64,000 nucleotides of DNA from Adineta vaga (lineage: Eukaryota; Animalia; Rotifera), in contig CP075494.1 in the NCBI GenBank assembly GCA_021613535.1, forward strand, positions 3,038,001 through 3,102,000. The letters run 5' to 3'. A program made the position numbers and the translations under genes. This document shows, piece after piece, positions 11,495-25,390 of this stretch. Under the pieces are notes generated by a model. It was not told where the DNA came from. It saw only the letters and a program-made list of their open reading frames with translations, and ran no database searches. Numbering within the stretch: the stretch's first letter is position 1; every line of letters starts with the position of its first letter.

Positions 11495-13730
11495 AATTGA
11501 CTTCTATGACTTAATAAATAGTAAAAATGAGCATTCTTTTTCTCGTTAACACAGATGAGAATCTACCTCATTTTAACCGAGATTTAACTTTTAATATTAA
11601 TCAAGGCGCCTGAAGAGAGATTATACTTATGTTGAACGTTGACGCAGATGTCAACAGAAATTAACTTTTAATTAACACATCAATTTCATCTCTTTTGATT
11701 ATATTGATAATCCTTCTGTCAGAACTTTCACTTTTCAAGGCACACTTATGTTTTCTGTAGGTTGACACAAGTATACTTTAATTAAAATTGATTATGCATC
11801 TTTCTATCGGAGAAGGAGTAAAAAACACCAAACAATATCATATTTGAAAGAAAAGAAAATATGGGAATCTCATTTCAAAAGTTGACGGTGCGGGTGAATG
11901 AATAATAAAAGAAAAGATATTTACAACCTTATTGTCAAGATTATGGTCAATTGTAAAGAATTCAAAACGAATTTCTTTGATTTATAGACTGAGATCTTCT
12001 GAATACAAGAATCACCTTTCGCAAAGAATAAAAAAAATAAAGAAATGCTTTTCAATGAGTATGAAAAATAAGCGTTTATTTATATTAATTCTACTCAACA
12101 AGGATTAAAGTCATCGGATAAAATCAACAAACGAAATTCTTATCTAACCGATGGATCCGAATAAATCGCAGTCCTATATTGTGTTTTCTCAATATCTCCT
12201 CTACATTTCATAGCATAAGAATTGTTTTTATTACAAAAAACAAAGAAAGTAGTTTATTGTAGTTTTGATCATCTAGTTCTTACTCAACAAAGATAATACT
12301 AATGATCAGCAAGGTTGATTCCAATTGCACAAAAAAAGAATTTTATCAATACATCCGTCAATCATTGATAATTATCACGAAGATTTTCTTTTGGAATAAA
12401 AGCTAAATAGATATTTGTTAACTTACAAGATCTTAGAGTATCCGTAACTTCTTCATCATCATTGTGACGTTTGATCACAACTACGATAATCGCTCAATTG
12501 TAATTGATAGGAATCACAACAAAAGTAAGACAATTAATTAATAATAATAAAAGTTCCATAGGCTTTATCGCCCGAAGGGGCCGATCGCGGTTATTATTGT
12601 TAATAAAGAACATCTTTGTCTTATTTCATGTATTTAACTCGAAACGATTTTTCGCGAGCAACTGTCCGAAACCCGATGTCAGTATAACTGTGATTTTTCC
12701 ATTTTTATTCTAATCCGCATCCTCATCAAGAATATGGATGTAGATCAGATTGTCAGTTTCGGCTAAGGTTTTTTTCTTCAACGTTTCAATATGCAATATG
12801 TTAAAAAAAAGGATTATTTGAGTTGTGAGATTCCATAATTGAATATGAAGAAAACAAAGAAATATAAAATTTTTTGAATGACATTTGACACTAATTAAAA
12901 AGTACTGATATTTTGTATTTCTAGTTCAGTAGCGATTTTAATAGTTTGTTTTTAACATAAGAAAAGTCACAGAGCTAACATTATAACTACTGTCGTGATG
13001 TTTTGAAATAGATGAAAAGACTTTTGTTTCATGCAACATATCATTTCAGAAGAACTAAAGAATGGATATTATCTAAATTTTCTCTTGAATCTTCAGCGTT
13101 TGATTTTCATAAGAAATAACACGCACAAAAGAAAAGTGTTATGCTATGTATGTCAGTGTTAAACAATCAGCGTCTGATAATGAATGATATTATATTGCAC
13201 ATTATTCAAGTTAGTTATAATACGACTTTTGCGAACGTTTTAAAATACACTCTTATATTTGTTTAGAATTTAACGGGTGGTTATATTATAAGTCAAATGA
13301 TACAGTGAATAATAAGTTCATCAAAGTCTTTCACTACTTTGTTATCAAACGAAACAGGATGTTCTTTTTCTATAACAAACAAATGGTATCTAATTCTATC
13401 TCTTTTAAAATGTTCTTTAAAATACAATTTTGAATGACGTACTTTGTTATCTATATTCAAAAGTATTTTGAAAGACTGATGCTAAGATTGATTACTTCTA
13501 TTTGAAGACTTTCTACCTTGAATTATTCAAAATAAAATGCATTTTCTATGAGCCTAGACGGCACGATTTCTTTTAACTAACAGCGTATTCATAATATAAA
13601 TAACAAGTCATTGACTATTTTATAGATTATGTTTGCAAACGCATTGCTTCATTTCTCGCCAACTCTAATCGTCAATAATATACTATTTTAAGTCGCATAC
13701 AAGACCTTTCTCTTTCACATTCAAGTAATT

Positions 13731-14711
13731 ATGTCTCTATTAGCAATATTGAATTCCATTCAAACCAACTTATTTAGATTTGGTGGTCCATTCTTAATTA
13801 TTAATGCTACAATTAGCTGTTTACTCAATCTATTCGTCTTTACAACAAATACTCTTAGAAAAAATCCCTGTGCAATTTGTTTCATTGCTGTTAGTATTGC
13901 AAATGTATTATTTGTCTATTTCAGTTTCATTCCTCTCGTAATGCAAGTTGGATACGATATCGACCCAAGTTCAACAAATATTGTTTATTGTCGCTTTCGA
14001 TTTTATACTTCGTATGTCTTCGGTTGTTTGGGACCATTTTATATGATTTTAGCATCAATCGATCGTTCAATAGTAACTTCAAGAGATGCTGGCATACGAA
14101 AACGAAGCACAAGTTGTTTAGCCATAACGTGTATCATTGTTCTAGCTCTCTTCTGGATGATATTCCATATTCATGCATTTATCTTTACAGAAATCATACA
14201 ATTTGGACCAAATATGTTTCTCTGTTATTTTCAACCTGGAAATTATACAGTCTTTATGACTTATTATTCACTTCTATTCAATGCAATAATACCACCTCTG
14301 TTGATGATCATGTTTGGACTTTGGACAATTAAGAATGTCAGTACAGTACACAATAACGTACATCCCACTGGTTTATTGATGAATGCATCGACAAACATGG
14401 GAAGAAGACATATTATTCATTCGAAAGATCATCAATTAATGAAGATGTTATTGGTTGATATCGTTGTCTATATTATCTTTCGAATTCCGTTCACCATATA
14501 TCTCATTTACCAACAAATAACTCAATATCAATTAAAATCAAGTGATCAAATCGCGATAGATTACTTTATCCTAAACGTCACTTATTTTCTTTTCATCATT
14601 GTACCAGCCATTAATTGTTACACTAATCTATTGATTTCGAAAACATTTCGTGCCGAATTAAAACAAACCTTTTTACATTGTCAAATATTCCGTTTAGTTC
14701 GACCATCATGA
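13731..14711 (+). CDS. Rhodopsin-like orphan GPCR, intronless
   Basis: 7 TM; LRKNPC, YCRFR, LASIDRS, SKTFR. Confidence 0.9.
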   Translation: MSLLAILNSIQTNLFRFGGPFLIINATISCLLNLFVFTTNTLRKNPCAICFIAVSIANVLFVYFSFIPLVMQVGYDIDPSSTNIVYCRFRFYTSYVFGCLGPFYMILASIDRSIVTSRDAGIRKRSTSCLAITCIIVLALFWMIFHIHAFIFTEIIQFGPNMFLCYFQPGNYTVFMTYYSLLFNAIIPPLLMIMFGLWTIKNVSTVHNNVHPTGLLMNASTNMGRRHIIHSKDHQLMKMLLVDIVVYIIFRIPFTIYLIYQQITQYQLKSSDQIAIDYFILNVTYFLFIIVPAINCYTNLLISKTFRAELKQTFLHCQIFRLVRPS

Positions 14712-14748
14712 GGGTGTGCATGAGGATTTTTTCTTTTTTTATGCGCAT
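14702..14748. repeat. Telomere-like hairpin element overlapping a GPCR stop codon
   Basis: ACCATCATGAGGGTGTGCATGAGGAT...ATGCGCAT. Confidence 0.65.
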
Positions 14749-15173
14749 ATGTTTGGATCCTGAGAATATATTCTGTTAACAGGAACAAATTCTCACATAT
14801 ATCCGCTGTGAGTTTCTCTACACTTCAATGAAAGTTTTTCTGATTAACTTAGAGAAATAGAATCACGTAGAAACGATACTTTCGAATATTAATTGCAGAT
14901 TTTTTACAAAGACAATTCAACATACATAATGAACTCATTCTATATACGATAAATGTATTTTTCTAAATAGAATTAATTCAATCCAAACTACAAATTCTTC
15001 GATATTTTGTTAATTCTAAGAATAAAAGACAATTTGTTTTTTTTTCTTCTTAATGTATTTGATTTTCCTCTCTATACTGAACTAATATCACAAATTATAT
15101 CAAGAACATATATTTCATGAATTAAATGACATACTTTCATTTAACATTAATTAATAAAGGTCATTGTTAGAAA

Positions 15174-18100
15174 ATGTATCTTTTACGGGCATTTATTTTT
15201 ATGATTTTATATCATTCAATTAATGTTCATTATATAATGTATCATTCGAATGATGAAAATCATTTCTTTTCATCTTATGATTGTCTTTATGCTGTTTGGG
15301 ATATGGGCGATCAATTGTTTACTAATGCACCTTATATTCGTAATTATTATTTAATTCCATATTGTCGAAGACCAGATTCTCATGAAAAAGAACATTCAAC
15401 ACATTCCATCGATGAAAATCTTGTCAAAATGATCAATTCAAAAGAATTCAAACTACAAAATATTACTAGCAATCATTTACTTAATTGGTCATTACCAATT
15501 GATGTTGTTGAAGAATATGAAATGAAAAATGAAAGTGTTTTCTATAATTGTTCATTACCATGGTTTGGTAGAAAATGTCAATATAAATTTCCTTATGATA
15601 TATCAATGACATTTAATGATATTGTTAATGAAACCTTTCATCATCGTTCAGCTGAATCATTCAAAACTGGAACATGTTATCGTTTTATTGAAAACTGTAA
15701 TGATGAATTATGGCCATTGTGTCTCGATTGGCGAGAAATTTGTGATCAAAAAATTGATTGTCCAAATGGCGAAGATGAACAATTTTGTGAAGAATTAGAA
15801 TCAAATGAATGTAATTCAAATGAATATCGATGTCATAATGGTCAATGTATTCCTTTGGAATTTGCATTTGAAAGTCTTAGTAGTGTCGATTGTTTAGATG
15901 GAAGTGATGAAGCTGAAGTTTATATAAAGCCAGGTCTTGGTAAACCATCAACGTATAATCAAAATTGTATTAATTTACCAATATTTCGATGTGAAGAAAG
16001 AACTGCACGATATCCTCGACAATTTGTATGTGGAGATGGTCAATATGGTCATGGGCCATATATGCCAAAAACTACAACTATTTGTGAAAATAATCGAGAT
16101 AAAGAAATGAGTCGACAGTTACTTGAGTCATTGAATCATATTGAAGATGGAACTTGTCGTGATGCATTTTATTGCACACTTCATTTCCGAAACAAGTCAG
16201 GTAAGAAAAATCTTATATAGATATTTTTACGAAAAGAACTTTGCTAACATCCACATGGTTCTTTCTGAAGGTTTATTGGTGGAAACTTGCGATTCTTTAC
16301 AAGACAAATGTTCATCCGAATGGTTAGTTCTACCGAAAAAACCAACGATGTTTGGCTTTTTTCAATTTATCTATTTTACTAATCGTTCAGTTGACAAATT
16401 TAAAGAGAATATTCAATCTGATTTGGTATGTTTTGACATCGAAAAATGTCCTGCATTAACAAATGTAATCGTCAATATCACAACAATTAATGGATTGACT
16501 TGTACTCCTACATCGATTTTGACAAATCGTGATCAATTGTCTAATTTTAAAGAACTGATATTGAGTTTCAACAAAGTTATTCGAGAATTTTTAACTAAAG
16601 GTACTGATATTTCGTGTAAGAATTCAAATGAATTCCATTGTAATCAATCATTGAAATGTATTTCATATCATCATGTTCGAGATGGTCATCCAGACTGTTC
16701 TTTTGAAGAAGATGAAGAATATTTAGATTCATGTTCATGGAATGATTCCAGACGATTTCAATGTCCACGAATCGATAATTTATGCTTGTCACCAGTTGCG
16801 ATTAGAAATGGTTTTCCAGACTGCAGAGACAGAGAAGATGAAACTATTTATCACAAACAAGATTTTAATAAGACAACACCATATTCAGAATATTGTCTTG
16901 GTTTATTAGCACAACATGTATCTTACAAAAAATATAATGATTCTGAACATTGTAAATTATGGCCATGTAATAGTCCATATGTTCATTGTGATAAGATTTG
17001 GGATTGTCCAAATGGTTTCGATGAACTTAATTGTTCCTATACAAATTGTTCGTCGAATGAACATGAATGTGAAGATACAAGTTTGAGATCAACTTACTGC
17101 CTCCCAGTGATCAAATAGTCGATGAAATTAAACATACTTGTAATCGGCAGGAACCTCGACAACTCTATTTCATTAATGGAAGTACTATAAACGAAAGCGA
17201 ATACTATTCGTGAAGCCAAACAAAATGTCTTCATGGAAATAACATTTGTCTCACTAAACCGATATCACTAATAATCGGTGAAGAAGACGTGTGTCTCTAT
17301 GATACATATATACCTATAATGTACGAAAGTCATTCTATTATGTCGCTTGATACAGGGAGACAACTGTGTGGTTTGAAGACAATTATCGAGCAAGAGCGAA
17401 AAGAACCGTTTGTAACCGCTTTTAGATTAGGCTATTTTCCCGTAGTAACTTCGTTATCTTCTATCAAACACATTTCAATCATAGATGAAGAGAAAAAGAA
17501 ATATGCACCTATGAATATATCACAAACATGGTTTTGTCATCGAGGTATTCTCGTCTTATCTGGAAATAATCAAACAAAAACATGTCTTTGTCCGCCAAGT
17601 TATTTTGGATCACAATGTCAATGGCAAAGTCAACGAATTAGTCTTACACTTCAAATTATTTTACCTCGAGCAACATTTATTAGTGCTAGTTTTCAAATAA
17701 TCATTATGTTAATCAATGAACAAGATGAAATAGTTGGTAATCATGAAGAAATTCTCTTTACACCAGCTCGAGATTGTCAAACTAAATTTCATCTTTATCT
17801 TTTGTATCCACAACGACCAAAATCCATATCAAACAATTATTCAATTCGTATAGATCTGTTTAATAAAATAACATTAAAACATTGGACAAGTTGGTATTTA
17901 TCAATACCATTTCAATTTCTTCCTGTTAATCGAATTTCAACTCAATTATTTATTCCAATAGAACAAACAATCAAAGAATGTTCTTTGTTATGTGGATTAC
18001 ATGGTCAATGTCTTCAATATACAAATAATCAATCCAAATATTTTTGTCAATGTGATCAAAGATATTCAGGTCGATTTTGTAATCAATCTTATCAATGTCA

Positions 18101-19891
18101 ATGTTCACAAGAGTCATTTTGTCATTCTCCAAATATTTGTATTTGTCCTTTGGATCGATTTGGATCAAAATGTTATTTAAAACGATCAATTTGTTTTTCA
18201 ATAAATAATCCCTGTCAAAACGGAGGATTATGTATTCCAACAGATGATCGCATTAATTTACATGGATATTCTTGTTTTTGTAAAGAACGTTATTTTGGAT
18301 TACATTGTGAATATTTAAGTTCTCCTGTTAGTCTTAAATTAGATGAAACAATTACAAAAACTTCATCATTTGTATTTATTCATTTTATTACTACATTTCA
18401 ACATGCAAAACATGGACGAACAACAATTATGAAGAAAATCCCATTCGATAATGATACAATTATATTTTATATTTCAAAACAATTTCATCTTATTTTTCTT
18501 CAGTTATTAAATCAAAGTTATTATTTAGCAATTGTTCGAGAAACATTTATTCCATTTGAAAATATTTATGGAGAAATCTTATCAAAACAAAATTGTCCTC
18601 ATGCAAGACAATATTTAAATTCAACATTTCTTGAATATGAACAAATTTATTATCCAAAATATTATTCAGTTATTTGTCGACAATATTTACATTTATTATG
18701 TTTTTATGATGAAAATTTATTATGTATTTGTGATCTTGATCGTTTTGCTAATTGTTTTGAATTTAATCATACAATTGATAATGATTGTCAAGGACATAAT
18801 GATTGTCAAAATAATGGTCAATGTTTTCAAAATAATCAAACATGTCCAACAATGTCAATTTGTGCTTGTCAAAATTGTTTTTATGGTGGAAAATGTCAAC
18901 GGAAGGAAATATTTTATCGCTTGATCCTATTATTGGTTATTATATTAAACCAAATCTTTCATTTTATCATCAACCATCGATTATTAAAGTCACAATGATT
19001 ATAACACTTACAATATTTATTTTAGGTTTAATTGATGTTTTATTATCAATTTTAACATTTCATATGAAAAATCCTCGAGAAGTTGGATGTGGTTATTATC
19101 TTTTAGCATCATCAATTATTTCATTATTTATGATTATTATGTTAGCAATGAAATTTCTTCAATTGATACTTTCACAAATGAAAATTATTCAAAATGAATA
19201 TCAATTGTTAGTTAGTTGTAAATCAATGAATATGCTTCTCAAATCTTTATTAGCGTCTTATGAATGGATTATTGCATGTGTAGCTACAGAAAGAGTTATT
19301 AATACAATCAGTGGTCCCAAGTTTAATAAAAAGAAAAGTCAACAATTTGCTAAATGGGTTATTCCAATTGTGATCGGTTTAACATTTATTTCACATTTAC
19401 ATGATCCATATTATCGAGAATTACTTAATGATACTGATGAAGATGATCAACGAATTTGGTGTTTTGTTCGATATCCATCGATCGTTCATAATTATAATTA
19501 TTTCATTACACTCATGCACTTTGTTGGACCATTGATAGCTAATATAATTTCTGCTATTTTAATTATTATCTTTGTAAGTCGTAGTCGATCCACTGCTCAA
19601 CGAAATAAATCATTTCATCAACATTTACAAGAACAATTAAAGCGACATAAACATCTTTTAATTTCACCATTAGCATTAATTTTGTTAGGAACACCTCGTA
19701 TGATATTTTCATTTGTTACTGGATGTATGCGAACACCACGTGATTCATGGCTATATGTTATTGGTTATTATGTTTCGTTTATACCACCAATATTAACCTT
19801 TCCGACATTTGTATTACCATCAGAGAATTATAGAAAAGTCTTTCGAAGTGCAATTCAACAACAAAAAAGTCGATTTCTATCCATGTTTTAA
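15174..19891 (+). pseudogene. LDLa/EGF-repeat ectodomain plus rhodopsin-type 7TM receptor, disabled
   Basis: LDLa motifs (CLDWREICD...DCPNGEDE, DCLDGSDE), EGF repeats and a C-terminal 7TM (ACVATER). Intron 16201-16270. Frameshift near 17108, in-frame TGA at 17211-17213, frameshift near 18897. Confidence 0.8.
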
Positions 19892-20013
19892 ACAAACAAT
19901 TCTTTTGAAAATATTTATTCATTGCTTTACGTATTCATCAATCGCTAATGCTTCTTGTTTTTTTTGTCACTTCTGTCATGATATATGAGCTTTAGTATCT
20001 AGATGATTTATAC

Positions 20014-20076
20014 TTTGAGAGAGTGGGTGTAATAATAAAAGATAAAATATCCTCACCTCGTCCACATCCAACTCAT
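20014..20076. repeat. Telomere-like hairpin element
   Basis: TTTGAGAGAGTGGGTG...ATCCTCACCTCGTCCACATCCAACTCA. Confidence 0.6.
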
Positions 20077-20793
20077 GTATTGACTTCAGATGATTAATAC
20101 ACTATTTCGTCGCTATTTGGAGAAACGCGTTTTGACATGTGTTGATCGTTCTCACAGTATATTTGCAGTGAAAAAGAGAGGAAACGAAATATATAATTAT
20201 ATTACTTCGTCTTCCAACACGGGAACATAAAAAAAATTAGTGCATATTGGCAAGCTACGAATAAAGGTAAGATTGAGAGAAGGTCTAAGTAACCATGAGT
20301 AGATAGAGTTAGACGAAGGTTAATATATAAGTGCAATTCCAATTCTGTGCAGTTTTTTATTCTGACTTTCATTTATCTACACAGATAGATGAAAATAAAA
20401 TAGTTTAAGGGTCTCCATAATGACATTCTAGGTCTAACTGAGGAGGACTTGGACGAGTACACAAAGATTGCAGTTCATATGGCGGAGAAGGATGATTGAT
20501 TGTAAGAACATTATGCCGCACTTGTTCTTCGATACAGTCCATAAGAACACTCATCAAGAATAACTACATTTTGAACAGATTTCATTCCTGTTTAAGCGAA
20601 ATAATACTTTTTCAAGGGAACATAAACTATCAGTTCAATTCAATTTTTTGGTATTTGATCAGTTTATTTTGTATATGATTATTATTAAGCATTGTTCATA
20701 ACAAATATTACCTATTCATTATTCATTTTGATGGTGTATGTTCAGTGTGGGAGCAAAGAAGAGAAAATGACACACTCAGTAAATATTGTTGTA

Positions 20794-21720
20794 TTATTCA
20801 CAATCATATTGTACAATATATTCTGGATACGCTTGATAATGATTAAAAATACAAAACTGATCATTTCTATCTCCATCATAATTAAGTGCAGAATTATATC
20901 CATAAGGCAAGGATTTGAAACCTGATCTACCTGCTATGGATTTTCCGAGTAATACTTGACAAATAAATAATTCTCGACGATGTGGAGTTTTTCTCAGAAC
21001 AAAAGGATCATTATTAGAATAATTGGCATGAACAGCAAAATATACTCCATCACCTATCAGACCACCTGGACAATAACTATGACAGAATCCTTGATATATA
21101 ATCAATTTCTGTTGGACTAATGAAGCTGTTCCATGAATAAGACGTGTACTAGTTGAAGATATTGCCTTTTGTACTTGTTGAAACATAAGCCAGATTCGAA
21201 TATTTTGAATTCGAATGATTGAATAAATGACTACCGATGATTTTTTAAGTGATTTTGTAAAGAAATCTGATATATCTTGAAATTCTTGAGATGATCGAGA
21301 AAGAGTAATGAGTGTCACTGGTGATTCAATCATTGATACAGAAGTCCAATGTGTTGGAAGTGTAATAGTAGAATCAGGTATTAAGAAATTTCGAAGTTTC
21401 AATTCTTGATTAAGAATTTCAAATATCGATTTATCAATAAGAGATTTTCCTTCTGTACTGAATTGAGTTAAATAAACAGTGATGTTTTTTAATTGAGAAT
21501 CTGTTTTCTTAACGACAAAATCGTATGGATCGTTGGTCAGTTGCATCAGTTCATAGTTAATACCATCGCCGATTTTATCATACAATGTATTTGATATAGT
21601 TGATTGTCCATTTTTCCACAATGCGTTAAGTTCTTCTTGAAGTTGACAAAGATCATCCAGTTGAAGATCACCCAAATAGCAAATACCCATACTAGCCAGT
21701 TTAGCAGCATGCATAGCCAT
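20794..21720 (-). CDS. PARP-family (probable mono-) ADP-ribosyltransferase catalytic domain protein
   Basis: IIRIQN, LIHGT, GDGVYFA...YS, LFICQVLLG, QFCIFNHYQAYPEYIVQY. The catalytic Glu position of poly-PARPs is not conserved. Confidence 0.85.
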   Translation of the reverse strand: MAMHAAKLASMGICYLGDLQLDDLCQLQEELNALWKNGQSTISNTLYDKIGDGINYELMQLTNDPYDFVVKKTDSQLKNITVYLTQFSTEGKSLIDKSIFEILNQELKLRNFLIPDSTITLPTHWTSVSMIESPVTLITLSRSSQEFQDISDFFTKSLKKSSVVIYSIIRIQNIRIWLMFQQVQKAISSTSTRLIHGTASLVQQKLIIYQGFCHSYCPGGLIGDGVYFAVHANYSNNDPFVLRKTPHRRELFICQVLLGKSIAGRSGFKSLPYGYNSALNYDGDRNDQFCIFNHYQAYPEYIVQYDCE

Positions 21721-23263
21721 GTGTTCGTTATAATGAGAACGAAAGAGAGAAAAGAAGAATCATGCATTCAAAACATCAGTATAACGAGCGTAATTGCAAA
21801 ACGCAATAACACATGACGATAAAAACACAATTTTTGTTATGATGTTTTTTCTATGTAACTGGCGAGGTCATAAGTAGTTGAAATCAATTCTTTTTGACAA
21901 AAACGAAGTGTTTGAGTAAATATAATGAAACACGTCGATCATAACGAAGAAGATAGGTTAGGATATCATTGATATAAACATATCTTGTTGTTGATTGAAA
22001 TAATTTACTTATACATTTCATTTCTTTATAACGTAAAATATAAACTTCGAAACTTCTATATGAACAAATTATAATTCCGAATTGAATTATTGACCAAAAT
22101 TGATGAAAAGGAGATGCACAGAACAGATTCGCCTCTGATACAGAGATCGAAAGTTCCGACTGTCAAAAATCATTGTACGGTCTTTGCACTTTACTGATTG
22201 GTCCAAAAAGAAGATGAAAACCAAAGGACTATTGAAATCGAGGTTGATTTTGACTATGAGAAGATCCATTAACAACCGAAAATAGTTTATAAGTAGTTAA
22301 ATTTAAAATATTGAAAAAATTGTTGACAGATATAGATGATCGAGAGTATCTTTTTATGTTCGATATTCTTATTCCCGCAAGCTTTCTAACTACTAAAACC
22401 AAATGATGACATAATTATATAAAAAGAATTCATTGTTCATTATGATTTAAGATGTAGATCGTAACTAAAGTGAAAATACGACGTTGTGATTATCATTTAC
22501 GTAGTCAATTACAAAGGATATCAGTGTCTTTCTGAATTTCTTGTTTGTTGTACAGAACTATGTAGGATGATGTCAGTACGAAGAAAATAATTTTAAAAGT
22601 AAGAAGAAGATAAGATAAATTATACAAATGTTGAGAAAGTTTAATTTGTGCAAGAATAGAGAGAATTGAATTACTCATGTCAATTGTGTTGCAATAGAGT
22701 CGTGCACATTCAATTTGAATCATTTTGAAAGTTCTATTTTAGTTAATATGCGATTCCCATTCGATACTTTTCTCAGTCAATGTAACTCCAACCGAGATCC
22801 AATTACTCTCAGTGCGACATGTTTGAACAATTTCATAACAATCATTGATGTCACAACATCAGTTGTTCGTGAGGGTAATGTTTGCATGAGAACTCCTTCA
22901 TTAGAAGAGATATCTCTAATTTCTGTTCGACTAATGGCGTGCATACTTTTATTATATAACCAACGGTAACAGACCAATAGTAAATGTGTAGAAAAATGAC
23001 ACATTTAAAGAAAGAAATAGATAACATGATCTTCTTATATATTATTCTCGTATCAATTCGTGATATCACTTTTTTTAAATGATGACGATTCTTCTATATT
23101 AATAAGATAAGTCTTTCGATTTAACTTTGCATGTGGGGTTTTTTACTCTTCATTAAAAGAGAAAACAGATTAATTTACTTTTCAAACTAATTGATAATAA
23201 TAATCAACATCTCAATCTCTCTCTATATATATTCTCTGCAAATATTTAAAAATAAAGATAATA

Positions 23264-24302
23264 ATGTCATCGTTAATTGCTCTTTTTACAACTCAACCAT
23301 CGATATATTATTTACCATTTGTTTATATTCTTGGTTTAATTGGTAACATATTAAATATAATTGTATTTTGTCAATCGAAACTTCGTTCAAATAATTGTTC
23401 AGTATATTTTATTTGTCTTTCATTTTCTCATTTACTAATGCTTAATTGTCCATGTTTATTTCGTATTATCGCTATAATGAATAATTATAATGTCTTCGGA
23501 CGTGTAGATATTCTCTGTAAATTAAGTAATTATCTCGATGTTCTTAGTCTTGTTCTTTCACGCAATTTTCTTTGTTTAATTTGTATAAATCGTTGGATGA
23601 TAACATCACCTAATGCATGGATTCGTCAACGAACTTCACTTCAAATAGCTCGATGGACTGCTTTTATAACATTATTATTTTGGTTGGCATTCAATATTCA
23701 TACAGCTACTGGTTATTATTCAGTTAATGATACTGTATGTACAAGTGCACGTGATTATATTGTTCTTTCTTCGATCTATCATATTGTTACTGCGATTGGT
23801 GCATTAGTAGTAATGATTTTATTTAGTCTTTTAACTTTAATGAATCTTCGTCATGTTGGTCGTCGAACAAATCCATTGACAAATCTTACTGGTCGAATTC
23901 GATTTGATCGACAATCGAAGAGAAAACGAGAACTTCAATTTATTCGTTTATCACTTTTACAAGTTCTACTTTATATAATACTTAATTCTATAAGAACATT
24001 TATGCCAATTGTTATTTATCATGTAACGATTATACGTATTCCTTCGAATAGTGAACGAGAAATTATATATTTATTATATTATTGGGGAACTTATTTACTT
24101 TATACATATGCAGCGGTAGGTATGCAAAAAACTACCAATCTCTCTCATCTTTCCAAACGAAGATTATTAATGATTTGATTTCATATGTTTTTAGATCACA
24201 TCAATATTATATACATTAGCATCAGCGACTTTCCGTGAAATATGTTTTGTTTCAATGAAACAATTTTTTAATACAATTCACCATCGTATTCTTGATTTAT
24301 AA
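23264..24302 (+). CDS. Rhodopsin-like orphan GPCR, 2 exons
   Basis: 7 TM (GLIGN, LCKL, CINRW). Intron 24116-24194 restores YTLASATFR. Confidence 0.85.
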
Positions 24303-25390
24303 ACCTTAATTTCATTTGTGTCTTACTCAAATTATTGTCATTATGTAGTTTTCTGTTGTAATTTCAATTTATGATCATCAAACTAAGATCTATTCGAAAT
24401 AAAGTGTATAATCTGTAAGTAATAGTACACATCTATATTCGTTCACACTCTCAAACAAGTGTGAAAATAGAAAAATGTAATAGTTACATCTATTTGTATA
24501 TACAATTTGATTGATATTTAATAGGTTCATTCAATTTTTCCATTAGTTCTATTTCTGTTTGTTTTGTTCTTGTAACTGATCGAATGAATTTATGAATACA
24601 TTTGAAATCGATTGTGTTGCTTCATTTTGAGACTTCTTCGATTCGTCAAGTGATATTTGCATTGAACAACATGCTGATGCGCAATCCCAAGATCTATTCC
24701 AATGTTTCACATCGATTTGATTTTCGAAATTTGGTATTAATTTTGACCAATTAAACATAATTGAATTTGTCCGTATGTGCTAATGATGCTTTAATCAAAA
24801 GATATTTTCTGACGTGCGATATTTATATTCACAATATCGAACTGCGTCAAATACTCATTAGAAAAAAAATTAATGAATAATTATTTTCGAAATAGAGATA
24901 TCGGGCGTTTATTATACATAAAATTTATATAAATGGTAGCAAAAAAATACGTGTGAAATAGATTTTTCAATTAAGATTTTATAGTACCTGATAATTTGTT
25001 CGTTTTGTGTAGTAGGAAACGTAAAGTATCGAAATCATGACTATTGTGAATTGGTTACTAGCACAAAAGATCTTGAAAAAGCTGTTTGATTTAAATTTGA
25101 AGTTACAGGAAAATCAGGTCGAGGTGTATCCGCAGTTCTCTAATCGCGATCAATTGTGTCGATATTCAAAGGATTCATAAGAAAAATAATGCATTAAAAT
25201 TCAGCAGTAATGTTTGTTCTTCGATTAACCTGAATCTTTTTTTGTACTTGACAAAAAGAAAACTTCACATGTAGAAAAATGAATTTTTTTATTCGACGTC
25301 ATCAATCTTATTATTGAAATTTAGAATAATATATAAAACAAAGCATTCGTTGCTTCACACTAGAAAAATTTCTTTTATATTCGTTTTATA

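Noticed and set aside
17211-17213. TGA/TAG at Trp positions as evidence for an alternative genetic code or suppressor tRNA
   Set aside because: The tRNA-Trp has a normal CCA anticodon, TGA and TAG terminate other genes normally, and the 15174-19891 gene also carries frameshifts.
22505-23069. Overlapping short ORFs, possibly a decayed secreted Cys-containing gene
   Set aside because: No consistent frame or recognisable family.
24549-24758. Short ORF resembling a coiled-coil fragment
   Set aside because: Too short and without a diagnostic motif.
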